DNA of 64,000 nucleotides. Origin: Rhina ancylostomus (Eukaryota). The translations under genes and the position numbers were made by a program. Below, piece by piece: positions 49,511-62,935 of the stretch. The first letter of the stretch is position 1, and every line of letters begins with the position of its first letter. The notes beneath the pieces were generated by a model that saw only the letters and a list, made by a program, of their open reading frames with translations, made no database searches and was not told where the DNA came from. The DNA lies in contig JARFYF010000074.1 of assembly GCA_030265395.1 (NCBI GenBank), forward strand, positions 74,904,285 to 74,968,284, read 5' to 3'.

Positions 49511-52500
49511 TGCTGCTAAAAACTCCTTGCATTGATTTTTTTCCTAATAATTGAGAGTAGGTAGAAATATGTACTTGACTCGGGGAATACTTAAGAGCAA
49601 TGGAAATAACCGTGGTAGGTGGCTACTCAACTCGGAGGCAGCATGGAATTTGTTTGTCCCATTAGCAGCTGTGTCATTGACCAACCATTGTAAATTTTCC
49701 TTTAGTTATAGTAATTATCAATGGCTATGACTAAGTCGAGGAGGTGGTTATAGCTGCTGACCACATACAGTATTCCCCATCCTCTTTTATGGTTATTTGT
49801 AATTCTTTCCAGGTGACTTGGAGTTGCCTCAGATTAATTGCAAATTGAAATGTAGTGCTTCCATAGTAACAACACCAACAATCTTCCGACTGGTGCATGC
49901 TGTTAAACTTGCCACTCCAGCTTTTGCAAGTGTTACTCCTTTAATGTGAAACTACAGTGAAAGCAATTGTTCATCCAACTAAATACTTTGCACGAATATG
50001 TGTGGAGACAAGTGATTGCTTAATTGTCTACATGTTGCTTTGTCAGGAAAGCATGTAGCTTGAAATTCCTTTCATCTGAAAATTCAGAAGTAACATTTGG
50101 CAGCACTGGCACACGTTAACCCTTCGAGGACTTGCACCTCTGCAATCCTGTGGCTGAGCCTTTGCCTCCCCATTTGAATTGTATGTATTTGTTTTAAAAG
50201 ATGCTGCTTAATTTGTGAATATTACGGCTGTCAATGTTGTGTGCCTGTTGATTTGTAGCTGCGTGCTAAAGGCCAATGATTCTCCTTGCTCTGTGAAGTA
50301 AGCAGATGGGATATTGTAATTATACCAGCACACTTATCCATATGTGAACTATTAAATACTTGTGCACTGCCAGAATGTTGATACATAATGCAAATTTTAG
50401 AGTATTGGATTCATGTAGTACATAGCAGTTGGTCTCTGCAGCTGCAGACTCCCTTTAAGAGAGCTTCAGTCTATTAATTCTAGAGCACTCAGTTAATATT
50501 TTCCAAAGAAAATATTATTTGTTTGATTTTTTAAAAAATTATCTATAAGTTTGGCATGTACTTGGTGCAGTGTGGATTAAACTAGGGTGATTTAAGGTGG
50601 TACAAGTTTGTTCCTGAAATATTAGTTCTTTGCATCATGAAAAAAATGATTTGATTTTCTATTTTTATGGGCTACTATTCTTAACAGTTCCTCGAATGGA
50701 TGTTTTTGGCACATAGATCAATTATATTTGCCATTTAACTTGATATCTTTAAGTCCTGTGTTTCCCCGTTACAGTGGTATCTTGGGTTTATATTGATGCT
50801 TTTTTGGCTGTGGGTCATCAATACCAGAAATGTAACTGGCATTCAGTTTTGCTGTTTTTGAAGGAAAATGATGAAGACTAAATTACTTATTGCCTTTTCT
50901 CAGTTTGATCCTTTAGAATTATGTGTCAACCAGGATTGGCAGCAGGATTTCCAGTTTCCAATATAAGTCAATAATTGGGATGGATAATGTGTTTTGGAAG
51001 GGGCTGTACAACCTTTGAATCATGTTAGTTGGTTCACAATAGTTTTTAAACTCAGTGGATCCAACAGTAAAACCATCAAAAGCATGTTATGTCCAGAAAA
51101 CAAGTGCCATGATCCAGTCAGAAATGCCGGAACCCAACATCAATTTCATCTCCTGTGGAGCAAACCAGCACGTCACTGATGAATACACTGAATTGGAAAA
51201 ACAGTCATGGACAACTTCTGATTCAATTACCTTTTTGTGAGACGCCCTGAATCGGTCTTGGAGCTAGATTATACTTCACGTGGCTGCACAAACCATCAGG
51301 TTAGAATAACGCCTTGTGGTAAAAGACTGGAAGGTGCAGAGACATACTTAGGAGTATTGCAGTTGAAGCAATGGGAGTGGTGAAACCCATAAAAATGGCT
51401 TAAAGTCTTGTCTTGTTCAAGAGTAGTTAGCCCCAAGGGTGCAACTATAGGTTCTTCAGCTTGCTTCTTAATCTGCAATGCAATAGCTTGTTGTCAGCTA
51501 AACATAAAATAGAACAGCTCAGCCATTACCTCATGATCTTATTCTCAGCAGTTTGACAGGGATAGTTGAAAACTAATCTTCCAAACAACATTTATAACCA
51601 AGGAGGATGCGATCAGAAATGCCACCATCATGACTCTGTGTTAAATGGGTTTCTTTGAATGTACATTTTCCAGACTTGATTTCAGTAAATAAATTATATT
51701 TAAATGATGTTTCCTTGCTTCCTCCTTACATTTAGGATTTCACTGAGAAACAAATCGTTGCCCAATTGAAAGGGCATGCTTGTAATTTTCAAAACTGTGC
51801 TGTAAGTGACTTCTGGGCAACCTTTTCTCCCCAGATCTGAGACCAGAATCCAAAGGTGTGAAAATATGCAAGTGTGGTATATCCCTGAGTACATGAGACA
51901 GACAAAATAATATTTGAAGTTTGTGTATTGCACTTGTATATTCTGTTATGGGGCTAAACTTGCAATGTGACCATACAAGGAACATGTGTATTTTCAATGT
52001 TTCGCCTTTTGTTTTCCATGGACGTGTAAAATTTGTCTTAATGATGTTAAAAATTTCAAGTTTTCCTTTTTCTGGTTTGGCAATGCTGGCTGTAACCATC
52101 CATTTGCCCCCAGGACATGTATGGAGAGGCAGGGTAGTGTTTGGCCATTGGAGGACTCTTGTCTTTTCAAAATATATTTCGTACAAAGGCTTTTGTTTTT
52201 TTAAAAAAAAGATGTCAAATGTGGAACTCCATGGTAATCATTTCAAGATTGATAATCTCACAAGAAATTAAGACTCCAAACTGAAATTATTTGGACTGCA
52301 GGAGATAGTTTGGCATAAACAGATTGCAATCAATTTAATATTACAATTTGTGTTACTTATCTGGGTGCAATGTTTTTATTTTAAGTACAGAAAAGTTCTA
52401 AACTGTTCTTGTAAGCTGGAGCAAGGAGAAAATTGCCTCCCTTGGTCACAATGAGAGAGGAGATTGTGTTCCTGGAGTGTTTGATCATCTGTGTCTATTC

Positions 52501-54789
52501 TTTTTACACTTGTAACCTTCGGTAGCAATATTCTTCAGATATTTAACCATCTCCTTTTATCAGGGGTAGAAAATCATCATCAGTTTATCCTGTTTCCAAA
52601 AAAGTCAGTAATGTTGGAACTGGTGCCACATGAACTTTAACTGTGAGATAACTTCAGAAATGAGTATGAACTTAAATGAGTTATGCTGCAATAATTGGTT
52701 GAAAATTACATGTAATGGTTCTTTTGTTGTATGTCCTTTTACAAAGATGACTCAAATAGATTAAAATGGATTTACTGGAGGTACAATTTCTTTCAAGTGA
52801 ACCAGAGAATCTTTCTCAATTAAAAATAATTATTTGAAAATTCTTCCTCTTCAATGGATATTATCCAACGATCACATATTAAGAATGTGTAGTGTGCTAA
52901 TGGTCTGCATTGGCTTTTGTTTTTAGGTTCATTGAATGGTTGGGCAAAGAATAAACTTAAAAAAAGACACAGTTCATGTGAAACAAATGTAGAATCTGGA
53001 TATTTTTGGGCTTTGATTATATTTGGAGTTTGATTCATTCTTGTGGGTGTGATGTCATTTGAATCCTCCCCATTTCAACATATTTTTAATTATTATTTTT
53101 ATTAATAATATCTGTTCCAATATATTTTGATAAGCCAATGAGATTTAGTAATTGCTGTAATACCTTTTTTGTGGCCCTTAATTGGTCCACAGCAATGGTA
53201 ACCTCTGCATGGGAGAGAAGCTTGAAAGTCAGAATCCTGAAGGGGGCACACACTCACGTCATCATAAAGAACGCACATCCGCATCACCATAAGGAACACA
53301 AGGACGACTGGTGGTCTATAAACTTTTGGAGTTTGCACACGAAGGATTTCAAATCCATCAGAAGGATGAAAATCAGAATAATGAAATAGTATCATGAGAT
53401 GGTATTCCTGGCTACATTCAAAATTAATCGGATTTCACAAAGAAATCCGACAAAGAAATGGTTATGAGCAGAGTTGTGGATAGCCTTGTAGAAGTGCTAA
53501 TGGTCGTCAAGAAATGTAGATTATTTCAGATGAGTTGATTCAATAAGAATTGGCTGATGAGCATTGTGTTTTCATTCTGTTTCCTTTCTTTAGGGCTGTG
53601 ATGTGTTTGGTTAGAATGGTATGTCTTTCCACCTCTTTAATGTCAAAGTTGTGATATCACCTTGTCGCGTTCAACTAGCTTAAGCTCCGTGGTTCAAGTG
53701 TTTTGAGCAAACATTGACATTCAGATGCAAGCAATGTATTTTTAATTTTTGATTTATCTCTTTGGAAATTCACATTTGTTTAACTAAAATGGCTTTCTGC
53801 AAAGGTTCCTGTTATAAATGCCAAAATGACTTGTAATATTTTACGAAAATATATCTTTGTAGCTCCAAAGGGTTGACAAATTCTAATGTAATTGAGGCCA
53901 ATATTTACTAAAGCTGTCAACTGGCACAAATACACAATCTCCCATGAGATTTTAGATAGATTTTCAGGTTCCTGCAAATGTCAAAGCCTAAAAATAAATA
54001 TTATATCCAATAGAGGGCAGTGCAGTGTTCACAGTGGAAAAAGAAGCACATTCTCGTTAAATGTTTTCTTTCTGAGCTGTACATGTCAAAATATTTATCA
54101 ACATTATTGAAAAATGACATTTATCAATAGCTCTAGGGAAACCTCCATAATTATTACTTGGGGTGTATTAAAGGATAAGGCAAAGAATTTTTGATACATA
54201 TTTACTTCACTGTATTGTGATGTATTGTTCTATGGTTCTATTATCCCATCCGTTAAAGGTTCTGAAAAACTACAGACAGAATAATTCAAAGGAATATGCT
54301 GGATTGGTTTACATTCGTATTTACTTAATTGATGTGGCACAAATATATCCTTTCCCATTCCTGCAGGTTAATTATAAATTCAGTATTGGAAATGCCTGTC
54401 TTCAGTTGTGTCAGCATTTAACTTGATGTCTGAATTCTGGTTAGATGTTATGTATTCTCCACTGTAGTTTGTCTACTAATTTGTTATTCAAGCAGTAAAA
54501 TTTAATGCAGGGCTTAAAATATGTTCTTACACATTGTATTAGAGTGCACTAATGAAGGCGCAGTGCAAGACTTGAAATGTTTTGCCATGTATATTGCTTC
54601 AGTGTTGTTTCCCAGAGCAACCATTGTACTTCTTTTCTGGCTTACACATTCCTAATTGCCCATCCAGTCCTTCAAGCATTCTGTATGCCTTCAATTCTGG
54701 CCTCTTTTACATTTTTTCCTCCCTTCACCTCACTACTGTCAGTAAGCATTAACCTGTGAAATTCCTTCAAAGACAATGCCAGTCAGTGG

Positions 54790-54980
54790 ATTTCATGACT
54801 ACAGGGAGTGGTTAAGGTAAATACTATAGATGCATTTAACGGGAGCTTGGACAAGAAGGGAAGAAAGTAAAATGGCAATAGATCTAGATGTGAAAAAATG
54901 GAAGGAGGGTGAGTGGAACGTGAACACTGGTGTGGAGTTATTGGGCTGAAAGGCCCATTTTTTGTGCGATGTATTCCATG
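54790..54980 (+). mobile_element. CR1 3' tail
   Basis: ggagtggttaaggtaaatactatagatgcatttaacgggagcttggacaag...gggctgaaaggccc. Confidence 0.65.
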
Positions 54981-55139
54981 GGATCCTGTCTAAAGTCAGC
55001 AAATTTCTCTCCTCTGACCTTTTTGTCCTTGTTATTCAATGTGGTTCAAAATTAACATTATTTAGCACTTTTAATTTGGATGCTCAGAACCTAACTCGAA
55101 GAATTAAATTACGGGGAGCATCTCGAAGAAGGAACGAGG

Positions 55140-56210
55140 ATTAGAGAGTTGAAAGTTTGGGGTTCAAATCCCACGCCTTGTGTCCTGCAGCTGAGAATAC
55201 ATCAGCCAGAAATGAGTTGAGAGTCGGAGAAGTGCAGATCTCTTAAAAGTTCTAGGAGTGGGGAAGTTACTGAAATAGAGGGAAGGAGCCAAGGAGGAAT
55301 TTGAAATTGAGAAAGAAAAATTCTAAATTGGGGAATTACTTTTCTGGAATCTTGTGTAAGAACAATCGTGAACTCGAAGCAGTAGTTGACTTGCCATTGT
55401 CTGGGTGAAGGAATTTCTTCCCATTCTTGTGAATGGATGACTCTTAATTTTGAGGCCACAACCTCTGGTTCTAGACACCCCAACCAGGGAAGCAACATCC
55501 CTGCATCTGCCTTGTCAATTCTCCTAAGGATTTCCTCTGCCTTTAATTGGTCAGAAAACATGCAGAAAAAGGAGAGCAGGACCAGGTGCAGACTTGGGCA
55601 GGAAAGTTGGAGTTCCCCAAATCTGTGAAAGGTGCAAATAAAAGAGGAAAGTCAGGTGTGCATTTAATTAGTCAAGTCTGCATGGGACCAGAGCATGGAC
55701 GGGGCTTTCAGCAGCCAATGAGCTGATGTGGGGCAGAGTTGGGAGTTCGTCACAAGGAGACATCTTGCAATGTGGTGCAAAGACAACATTGGTCTTTCCA
55801 ACGTGAAGATGGAGGAAATTCTGCTCAATGTTGGACTAACAATTCTGACAATTTTTGGAAGGTGGAAGAACCCAGAGAGCAGGTGAGGTGGAACTGGATG
55901 TTAGAAGTTCATGTGTAGAAACTTTTTAGAAAGGATTATGTTTTAGGATAATGAGCAGGAAGTTGGGGGAAGAGATAGAATGAGGCCAAGGATAAATCCT
56001 CAGGGGGCAGCAGGAATGGAAGGAGAAGAACAGATTACATTGTGAGTGATTTTGTCCACAGTTATATGCTTAACTCACGAGATTGCATTGAGTCCCACCC
56101 ATCTGGAGGTGTTCCAGGAGGATGCTGTGATCAACCACATCAAAGACAATAGATGGGCTGAGAGGATGTGGAGCTAGGGGAGATTTTCTTCATTGAACGC
56201 AGGGTGTCAT
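55140..56210 (-). mobile_element. Old L2-like LINE remnant with nested CR1 fragment (about 55395-55550)
   Basis: Purine-rich L2-type antisense text (gaagttactgaaatagagggaaggagccaaggaggaatttgaa). The nested piece translates ILRRIDKADAGML. Confidence 0.5.
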
Positions 56211-56619
56211 TTGTGAATTAAATAAGAGCTGCTGCTATCAAGTGTATTGATATATTCTGAAATTTATGATACTATTTAAATGCAGGTTGTATTAACTGTA
56301 AAATTTCCTCTCTTAGCTGCAGAATGAATCGACTCAATTCAGATATAACCTGCACATCGAGCTCTAGTGAAAGAAATGGTCAGCTGATAGATTTTGTTTT
56401 GTGATGTGGGACAGTATCTCTGGTATTGAAATGTAAATAGCATTTTGCAAGAGAATTTGGTTCAAGTGGTTTTCAGCATTTGGGTAATTCATATTGATTT
56501 ATCCAATTTAGTTTGCTTTGAGCTTATTCTAGTCTCATAATGTAATCATTGAGACTATTATAATGCTTCAAGATTGTTTTTTGCTTTGTTATTGGCCAGT
56601 TATAATACCATCACTGATA

Positions 56620-56772
56620 ATATGTCTAAAATAAAACAGTGGGTCAGGTAGCAGAGGAGAAGTATTTCACTGGAACATCATTCCAGTTGTATTTACAGAT
56701 GCTGCCTGACATAAGAACTGCAGTCAGTTTTTAATTTTATTTCAGATTTCCAACATGTGCAGCATTTTGCTT
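56620..56772. mobile_element. PLE-derived short inverted element
   Basis: gggtcaggtagca ... acagatgctgcctgac ... atttcagatttccaacatgtgcagcattttgctt. Confidence 0.55.
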
Positions 56773-58754
56773 ATTGTGTCTGCATAGGTTGTCAAGTTTT
56801 ATTTTTGGCTTCAGTCAATTGTACCCCAAGTGACAAGAGGCTAGAAACTATTGTTGAGAAAACAATTGTGCCTCCGTTTGGTGCTGCTTCTGTGTCTGCC
56901 ATCAGATATCCATTAATGACAGACTGACACTCACTGTAGTTCTGTACATTTGGCAATCAGTTGAATATTCAGACCATATGTCACTTGTGATTCCCTTGTT
57001 GATGAGTGTATCTCTTTGTATCCCTTTTTTTCTCCTGACGTAAATGTCAGCACAACAAAAAATGATAATCATCCTTCAACCACATAGGGAGAGCTAACTA
57101 GAAGTTCTGGGTGGCAACTTGATTTCTGTCCAGACATACTTACTTAATTTGCAAATGTCAACATTTTCACTGTTGACAACAAATCCCTGTAAGGGATAGG
57201 ATTCCAGAGGACTGCCACTAACTGAAATGTGCTTTCCTTCAGCTTAAAACTCCATATTTTATTGTTAATCAGTCATGGGAAGATACAATAACTTGGGATT
57301 TATTTTCAGTGAAAAGGTTTTAGCAAGCTGCTCTTGTGGTCTAGTTCTGATCCTGAAAACTGTTAAGGAGATTTTGCCCATCAGTTGTCCATGTTGTCTT
57401 CCTCTTTTATCAAAGATTTAAAGAGAAACTTAATCCTATCTCAAAAGTGGCAAACAGTAATAGTTTCATCACAAAATCCTCTCCAGCATTTTGAAAGGAA
57501 GCTTGGAAGAGGCAAAATTGCTGCATACTACTGATATGGGGAAAGCTTAAAGATTTTCAGGCACCGTAAGTCTAAAAATTTTTTTCCATAGATGTTCATG
57601 TATTCTTTACATTAAAAATACTATTCCTGTAGAGGAGAAAATTCTGATTCAAACTAGCTTCACTGATAATCCGAAAGCTTGCAACCAAAGATTGATGGGT
57701 AAATCTGCATTTTTTTTCCAAAACAAAGTCACGGATAACAATCACTTTTTTGATGAGAGTTATTCCAGTAAAATTCAGAGTGAATCTCAAGTCAGAGCTG
57801 TCAGAACAGTACTGTACATTAATAGAAGAAATACCGTTAATGTTGAAGTTCTTTTTGCTGCTGGTTATTCCTAATCTATAGTTCACTCAGATTTATGATA
57901 TTTTCACAACATGGCACCTTTGTGATGCAAAAATGTGTAAGTTTTTATATTTTTGAAATTAAGTGATAAATGTTGTCTATTTTCAAATCAATACCTCAGT
58001 TTTTTGTACATTTCATATTATCAGTTGATATCTGATGGTATTCATTACGGGAAGTTGAATAGAAATTGGGTTTAGTCGTAAGAAATACAAAGATCAGGAT
58101 GCATTTGGGTTCCAACTTAAAGTTAAGTGTCTGTGCGTCGTGTTTGATTTCATTTTGATTACATTTAAGATAGTAGAACTGGTTAGAAATTGAAAAAAGC
58201 AGTGCCTCTGTAGTTCAAGCCAAGGAGCTTCAAATGGTGCACTCACCCCATAAGTGGAATCTTGAGGCAACTGGGATTCTTAAGGTGTGTTTTTTCACTT
58301 TTCGCATGAATATGCGATGATAAATATTTTGGATTACACAGGCTGGAAATAAATGGACTGTCAACCTCTTGCATCAGGAAGTGCACAACTGGACTACACC
58401 AGATTGTTAATTTACCTTCCAATTGCAGTGCAACACAGGTGAGTAAATGGGAAAAAAAACTTTTGTTAATCCAGAAACTTGCTTGCAAATGCACTTCAAA
58501 TTATCAATTTGCGTATAGGTTGACAGATGAGTGTGGAAGCTGTCTTTGAATATGAGTGATTGGAACAGAATTGTGAAGCTCTTCACTGTTACTGCTTTTG
58601 GTTATTCCTTTGAATATGGGGAAAGGAGAAACGATAATTAGAACTCTGCTCACCTCTTATTAAATGCAGACATAAAGCTCTGGTCATCAGTCTTGCACAG
58701 CCTCTGAAGGGAAAGCTGCTGGAGAAAATCAGTTTTTATTTATTATTGCAGACT

Positions 58755-59335
58755 GCGCTCCAAACTTGTGACCACTGTCCTCTACAGAAGAACAAGGGCA
58801 AGCATGAGGACAATGTATGTGGTGGTCTTCCTGTATATTATATGCCAGTATGACTTGGAAATAAATCATCATTCCATCATTGTAACACAGTCTAAATCAA
58901 GAAACCCCCAACTTAACAGCATTGTGGGTATTTGCATGGTTGTGCAGAGTTTGCACATTCTCCTTGTGATCACCTGATGGGTTTCCTCAGGTGCTCTGTT
59001 TTTCTCTCTCACTGCAGAGGTGTGCTGGTTGATTGGTGAATTGGCTGCTGTAAATTATCTTTGGTGTAGATGGGTGTAAGTGGGTGGTAGGATAAGCACA
59101 GTGGAGTTGATGAGCTTGTGGGAGAGAATAGTTGTCATGGGGAAAAAGGTGGGGCAATGGATTGATGAGTTGCTCTGAGAGCCAGCATATATATGATGGA
59201 TTGAATGGTCTGTGTTGGAAATAAATATGAAATATGATGATCTTCAACATAAGAAAGGCAATTTATCATCTCCTGCTCAGGGGCAGTTAATGATGAGCAT
59301 TCCAATATTATGTACACCTTGAGAATAAGTTAGAA
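58755..59335 (+). mobile_element. Second LINE family 3' UTR, split by a V-SINE
   Basis: agaagaacaagggca...tgacttggaaata...aacagcattgtgggta, then the SINE, then aagaaaggca...ggggcagttaatgatgagca. Confidence 0.6.
58938..59235 (+). mobile_element. HE1/V-SINE, 5'-truncated
   Basis: V-domain gagtttgcacattctccttgtg...gggtttcctcaggtgctctg. Confidence 0.75.
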
Positions 59336-61479
59336 AAATGGTGCCATAATGCAAGTTTTTTTTTAATGTATATGGTTTTTAAAGTCAACTAATCCACCTC
59401 ATAGTTCAAGATCTTAATTCATCCTTTGCAAAATTACTCCACCATTGCAATGCTCCTGCTCAAGTGGTTCACAACGTGATTTAATTCTTGAAAGGAGTGA
59501 ATACTTTAATGTTGCAAGCTGCACTGTAACTAGAATATTATTACAAAATTAAGTATAATTGTATATTTCTCGAAGTAGCAATCATTAGGATACTGTTTCA
59601 GAAAGTAATCTCAGCTGTAAAAACCTAGTTTAATTTACTGTAATATTATATCCTGTAAGAATACTGGGATTGGTAACAAAATAATAGTGAAATTAATCAA
59701 AGATTACCAGACACATCCTTGACCCCTTGCTTTATTCTAATGCCTCAACAAAGTGTATCATTGGGTGAGAAAAGTGCTGTGGAACAGCCTGAGGTTACAA
59801 AAGGCAATTTTGACTAGCAAACATTGATAGTGAGCAGTAAGAGCATTTAAGATACTTAGCCAGTTTGTCACCAGAACTAAGTGAACTTCAGAAATGAAGT
59901 TTAAGTTTATTTCAGTAACTTGGCATCCTTTAATTATCAGACTGACAAAAAATTGGTAGGTTTGTTAAAATTTAATTCTGATATCATTGAATAGTAATTG
60001 GTGAATAGTTTTGTCTATTCAGCATGTAGGATTGCAAGTAGTTCAGCTTTATTGTTGTAAAGCTTGCAGCACATGTCTGTGTAATGGATTACTGCCTCCT
60101 CACAGTTGTTTAGCCTTCTGCTTGTGTTGATTCTCTCTCGGTAACATAACCAAGTCTTTATTCATATGGTAACTTTGTAAGAGACAAACTTACTGGCTTC
60201 ATTTTTGAATATTGGGATTCTTGGACTTCTCTCAATTCTAATAATGTCTTTCTGTGGACTTCCTCACTTGATCTTTCATGATAGAAATATCTTTCATATT
60301 GTTGGTTCTCAAGGTAATGCTTTCGATAAGCTTATCATTTTACTTGATCCATCACAGTGACACATCTCGTGGGAGGTGTTTCTTTTATGATGGAAGGTTA
60401 AACAGGCACATTCAAGTATTTAAAATGACAAAAAAAAATGTTTTATTAGTCGGGAGCACCCAGATCTTCCAATTAGCTGGATAATTTGCTTGGAATATCA
60501 CTGATTATAGTGCAATGGTCTGGATAAGAATTGGGTCTTCTCTTGCCTGTTCCTCTCCTATCTGTTCATGTAAGTCCTTTCACTTTTCTGGAAACAGACA
60601 ACATGAGGGGACCGGCTGAGATAAAGGACACTCTGGGCACTTCATCAGCAAAGTAATCTTTCACTCAACTTTGACAAGACTGCATCTGCTTTGTTCCAGC
60701 CACCAATTAAAACCAGATGCTAACTATGACAGCTGCTTTCTCTATAGTCTCATCAATCTTATAATTGACCCTTCCTGTTTGGACAAAACTTGGCAGGGTC
60801 ACTGGAAACAACATACTTAGGATACCAGTGGATAATTCAGGGCACTGTACCCACAATCCTCAAATTTGAAATGGCAGAATCAAGAAAGCAAAATGCCATA
60901 CCTCTGGGAAATGGATGTCATAAGAACTGTGCATACTTTGATTCTTTATAAGAAATTGGAAGTGGGAATAGGCTATGTGGCCCTTAAAACCCCATTTGAT
61001 AATTTTATGAATGATCCTGTAGTTGAAGTGTACTCTATCGTGCATGATCCTTGCATCCCTTAAATTGGTTTGTAACTTTAATAAGGAAAAAAAAACAATT
61101 TCATGATTCTGTTGCATTTGCATTTTACATGGCAATGTTCAACAGAGAGTCTTTGAACATTGTTCATGAGTGGACCCACTGTGGAATGATACCACCGACC
61201 AGGAATGGTGTCTAATTTGATAGCCAGTCAATACTAGAATAGCTGTTCTTTGTTGAGCTTGTGGCTATGGCAATTAAATGATGGCTCAGTTGACCTTGCA
61301 AAGTCCTCCCTCAAAAATATCTGTGGATTGGTCTCTAAATTAGAAGAGAGACCCCACAAACAAACTGAGAAAAAGCCTCATCGTTTTTCAATAGCCTGAT
61401 GTTATGTCCTCGCAGAATCATGCCTTTTATAGACAACATGTCAGGTTTCTCCATTATAGTCGCGGGCTATGTTCTCTTC

Positions 61480-62935
61480 TACTGGTAGGGCAAACCATCA
61501 GTGGTAGTGCTACTGAAGTATACAGGCAGGAGAGAATAGTTGATGGAGCTCTAATCATAGACACCAGAAGCCATGAAGTCTCCTGGCATCAGGTTGAACC
61601 TGGCCAAGGAAACCACCTCTTTGTGACCACCTAATGTTCTCCCTCGGCTTTTGAACAACACGTGGCAGAAACAATGGAAAGCGAGAGAAGACCATGTCAT
61701 TTTAGTGAGAGACTTCATTATCCAACACCAAGAATCTCTTGGTTAAGCCACCACTAACAGTGCTGGCTGAATCCTGAAGGATGTAGTTGCCTGACTAGGT
61801 CTGTGACAGGTAGCGAGTACACCAACATGAAGGATAAATCTACTTGACCTGTCTTCCGGGTCAGACTGTGGCAGGTGCATCTGCCCATGGCAACATTGGT
61901 ACACGTGACTACTGCATGGTTCTCATGGACACAGAGCCCCATCTTCATGCAGAGGATAACTGGTGCTCAGTAGGATGGACTCAATAGGTGTGGCACTTCA
62001 AAATTGGGTATCCAGGCAATGTCAGCCTTATAATCACTGTCAGCAAAAATGTACACCAGCATGGCCCAACAACATCCTCATTCTACCTTTAGTGTTAAAC
62101 CATGGCTCAACTGTGGTGTACTAAAGAGTGTAAAAAGGCATGCCAGCTTGGTGAAGCTTCAGCACAGGACTACATGTGTGCTAAACAAGAAAGGTAGGTG
62201 CAATCTCAGAACTGATGGATTAGCGCAACGTTCTGCAGTCTTGCCACATCTCCTCATCATACTGGTGGCCAATGAAACAGCTCAAGGGAGGATTGGGTCA
62301 AAGAACATCCCTATCCTCAATGATGATAGGGTCCAGCATTTGAATGCAAAATACAAGACAGCTTGTATTCAGTCAGAAGTGGCAAGAAAATGATTCATTT
62401 GAGCTTCTTCTCCACTGTGGCATATTCATTTCACTCCAACTGGATTCAAGAAAATGGTTAAGCACATTGGATACAGCATGGATGAATCTATGGCTTCATT
62501 CAATGCCCCACCTGCAGTACTGAAGACTTGTGCTCAGAACGAGTCATCTTCCATCTGAGATGTTCCAGTACAGATGCAGTACAGTACAACAACCTGATAA
62601 TCTGGAAAATTTTCAAGGTATGTTCTGCTTTTTGTGACTAGGATAATCCAGTCCATCTGGGCAATTGTGTTTCAAAACATTGGCTGGCACTTCGGTACCA
62701 CAAAATGACCATCTTCAACAAGAGTATCACCATTAACCTTTGACATTCAATGGCATTACCATTGCCAAATTCACTGCCACCACTGACTTGGGGTTCAGCA
62801 TTGACCAGACACAGCTGGACCAGTCACAGCAACAAAATGGCTCCCACAGCAGGCTGGATATCCTGCAGCATTTCCTGACTCCCCACCATCTAGAAGGCAC
62901 AAGTCAGGAGTGTGATGGAATACTTTCACCTGCAA
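61480..62935 (+). mobile_element. Second LINE family (CR1/L2 group): decayed endonuclease-to-RT region with large deletions
   Basis: HEVSWHQVEPGQGNHLFVTT (APE), NIPILND.RVQH..AK.K and LTFNGITIA; same family as the 3' ends elsewhere in the window. Confidence 0.75.

Noticed and set aside
59607-59630. taatctcagctg, resembling the miR-216a 5' end
   Set aside because: Only 12 nt match and no hairpin partner is evident.
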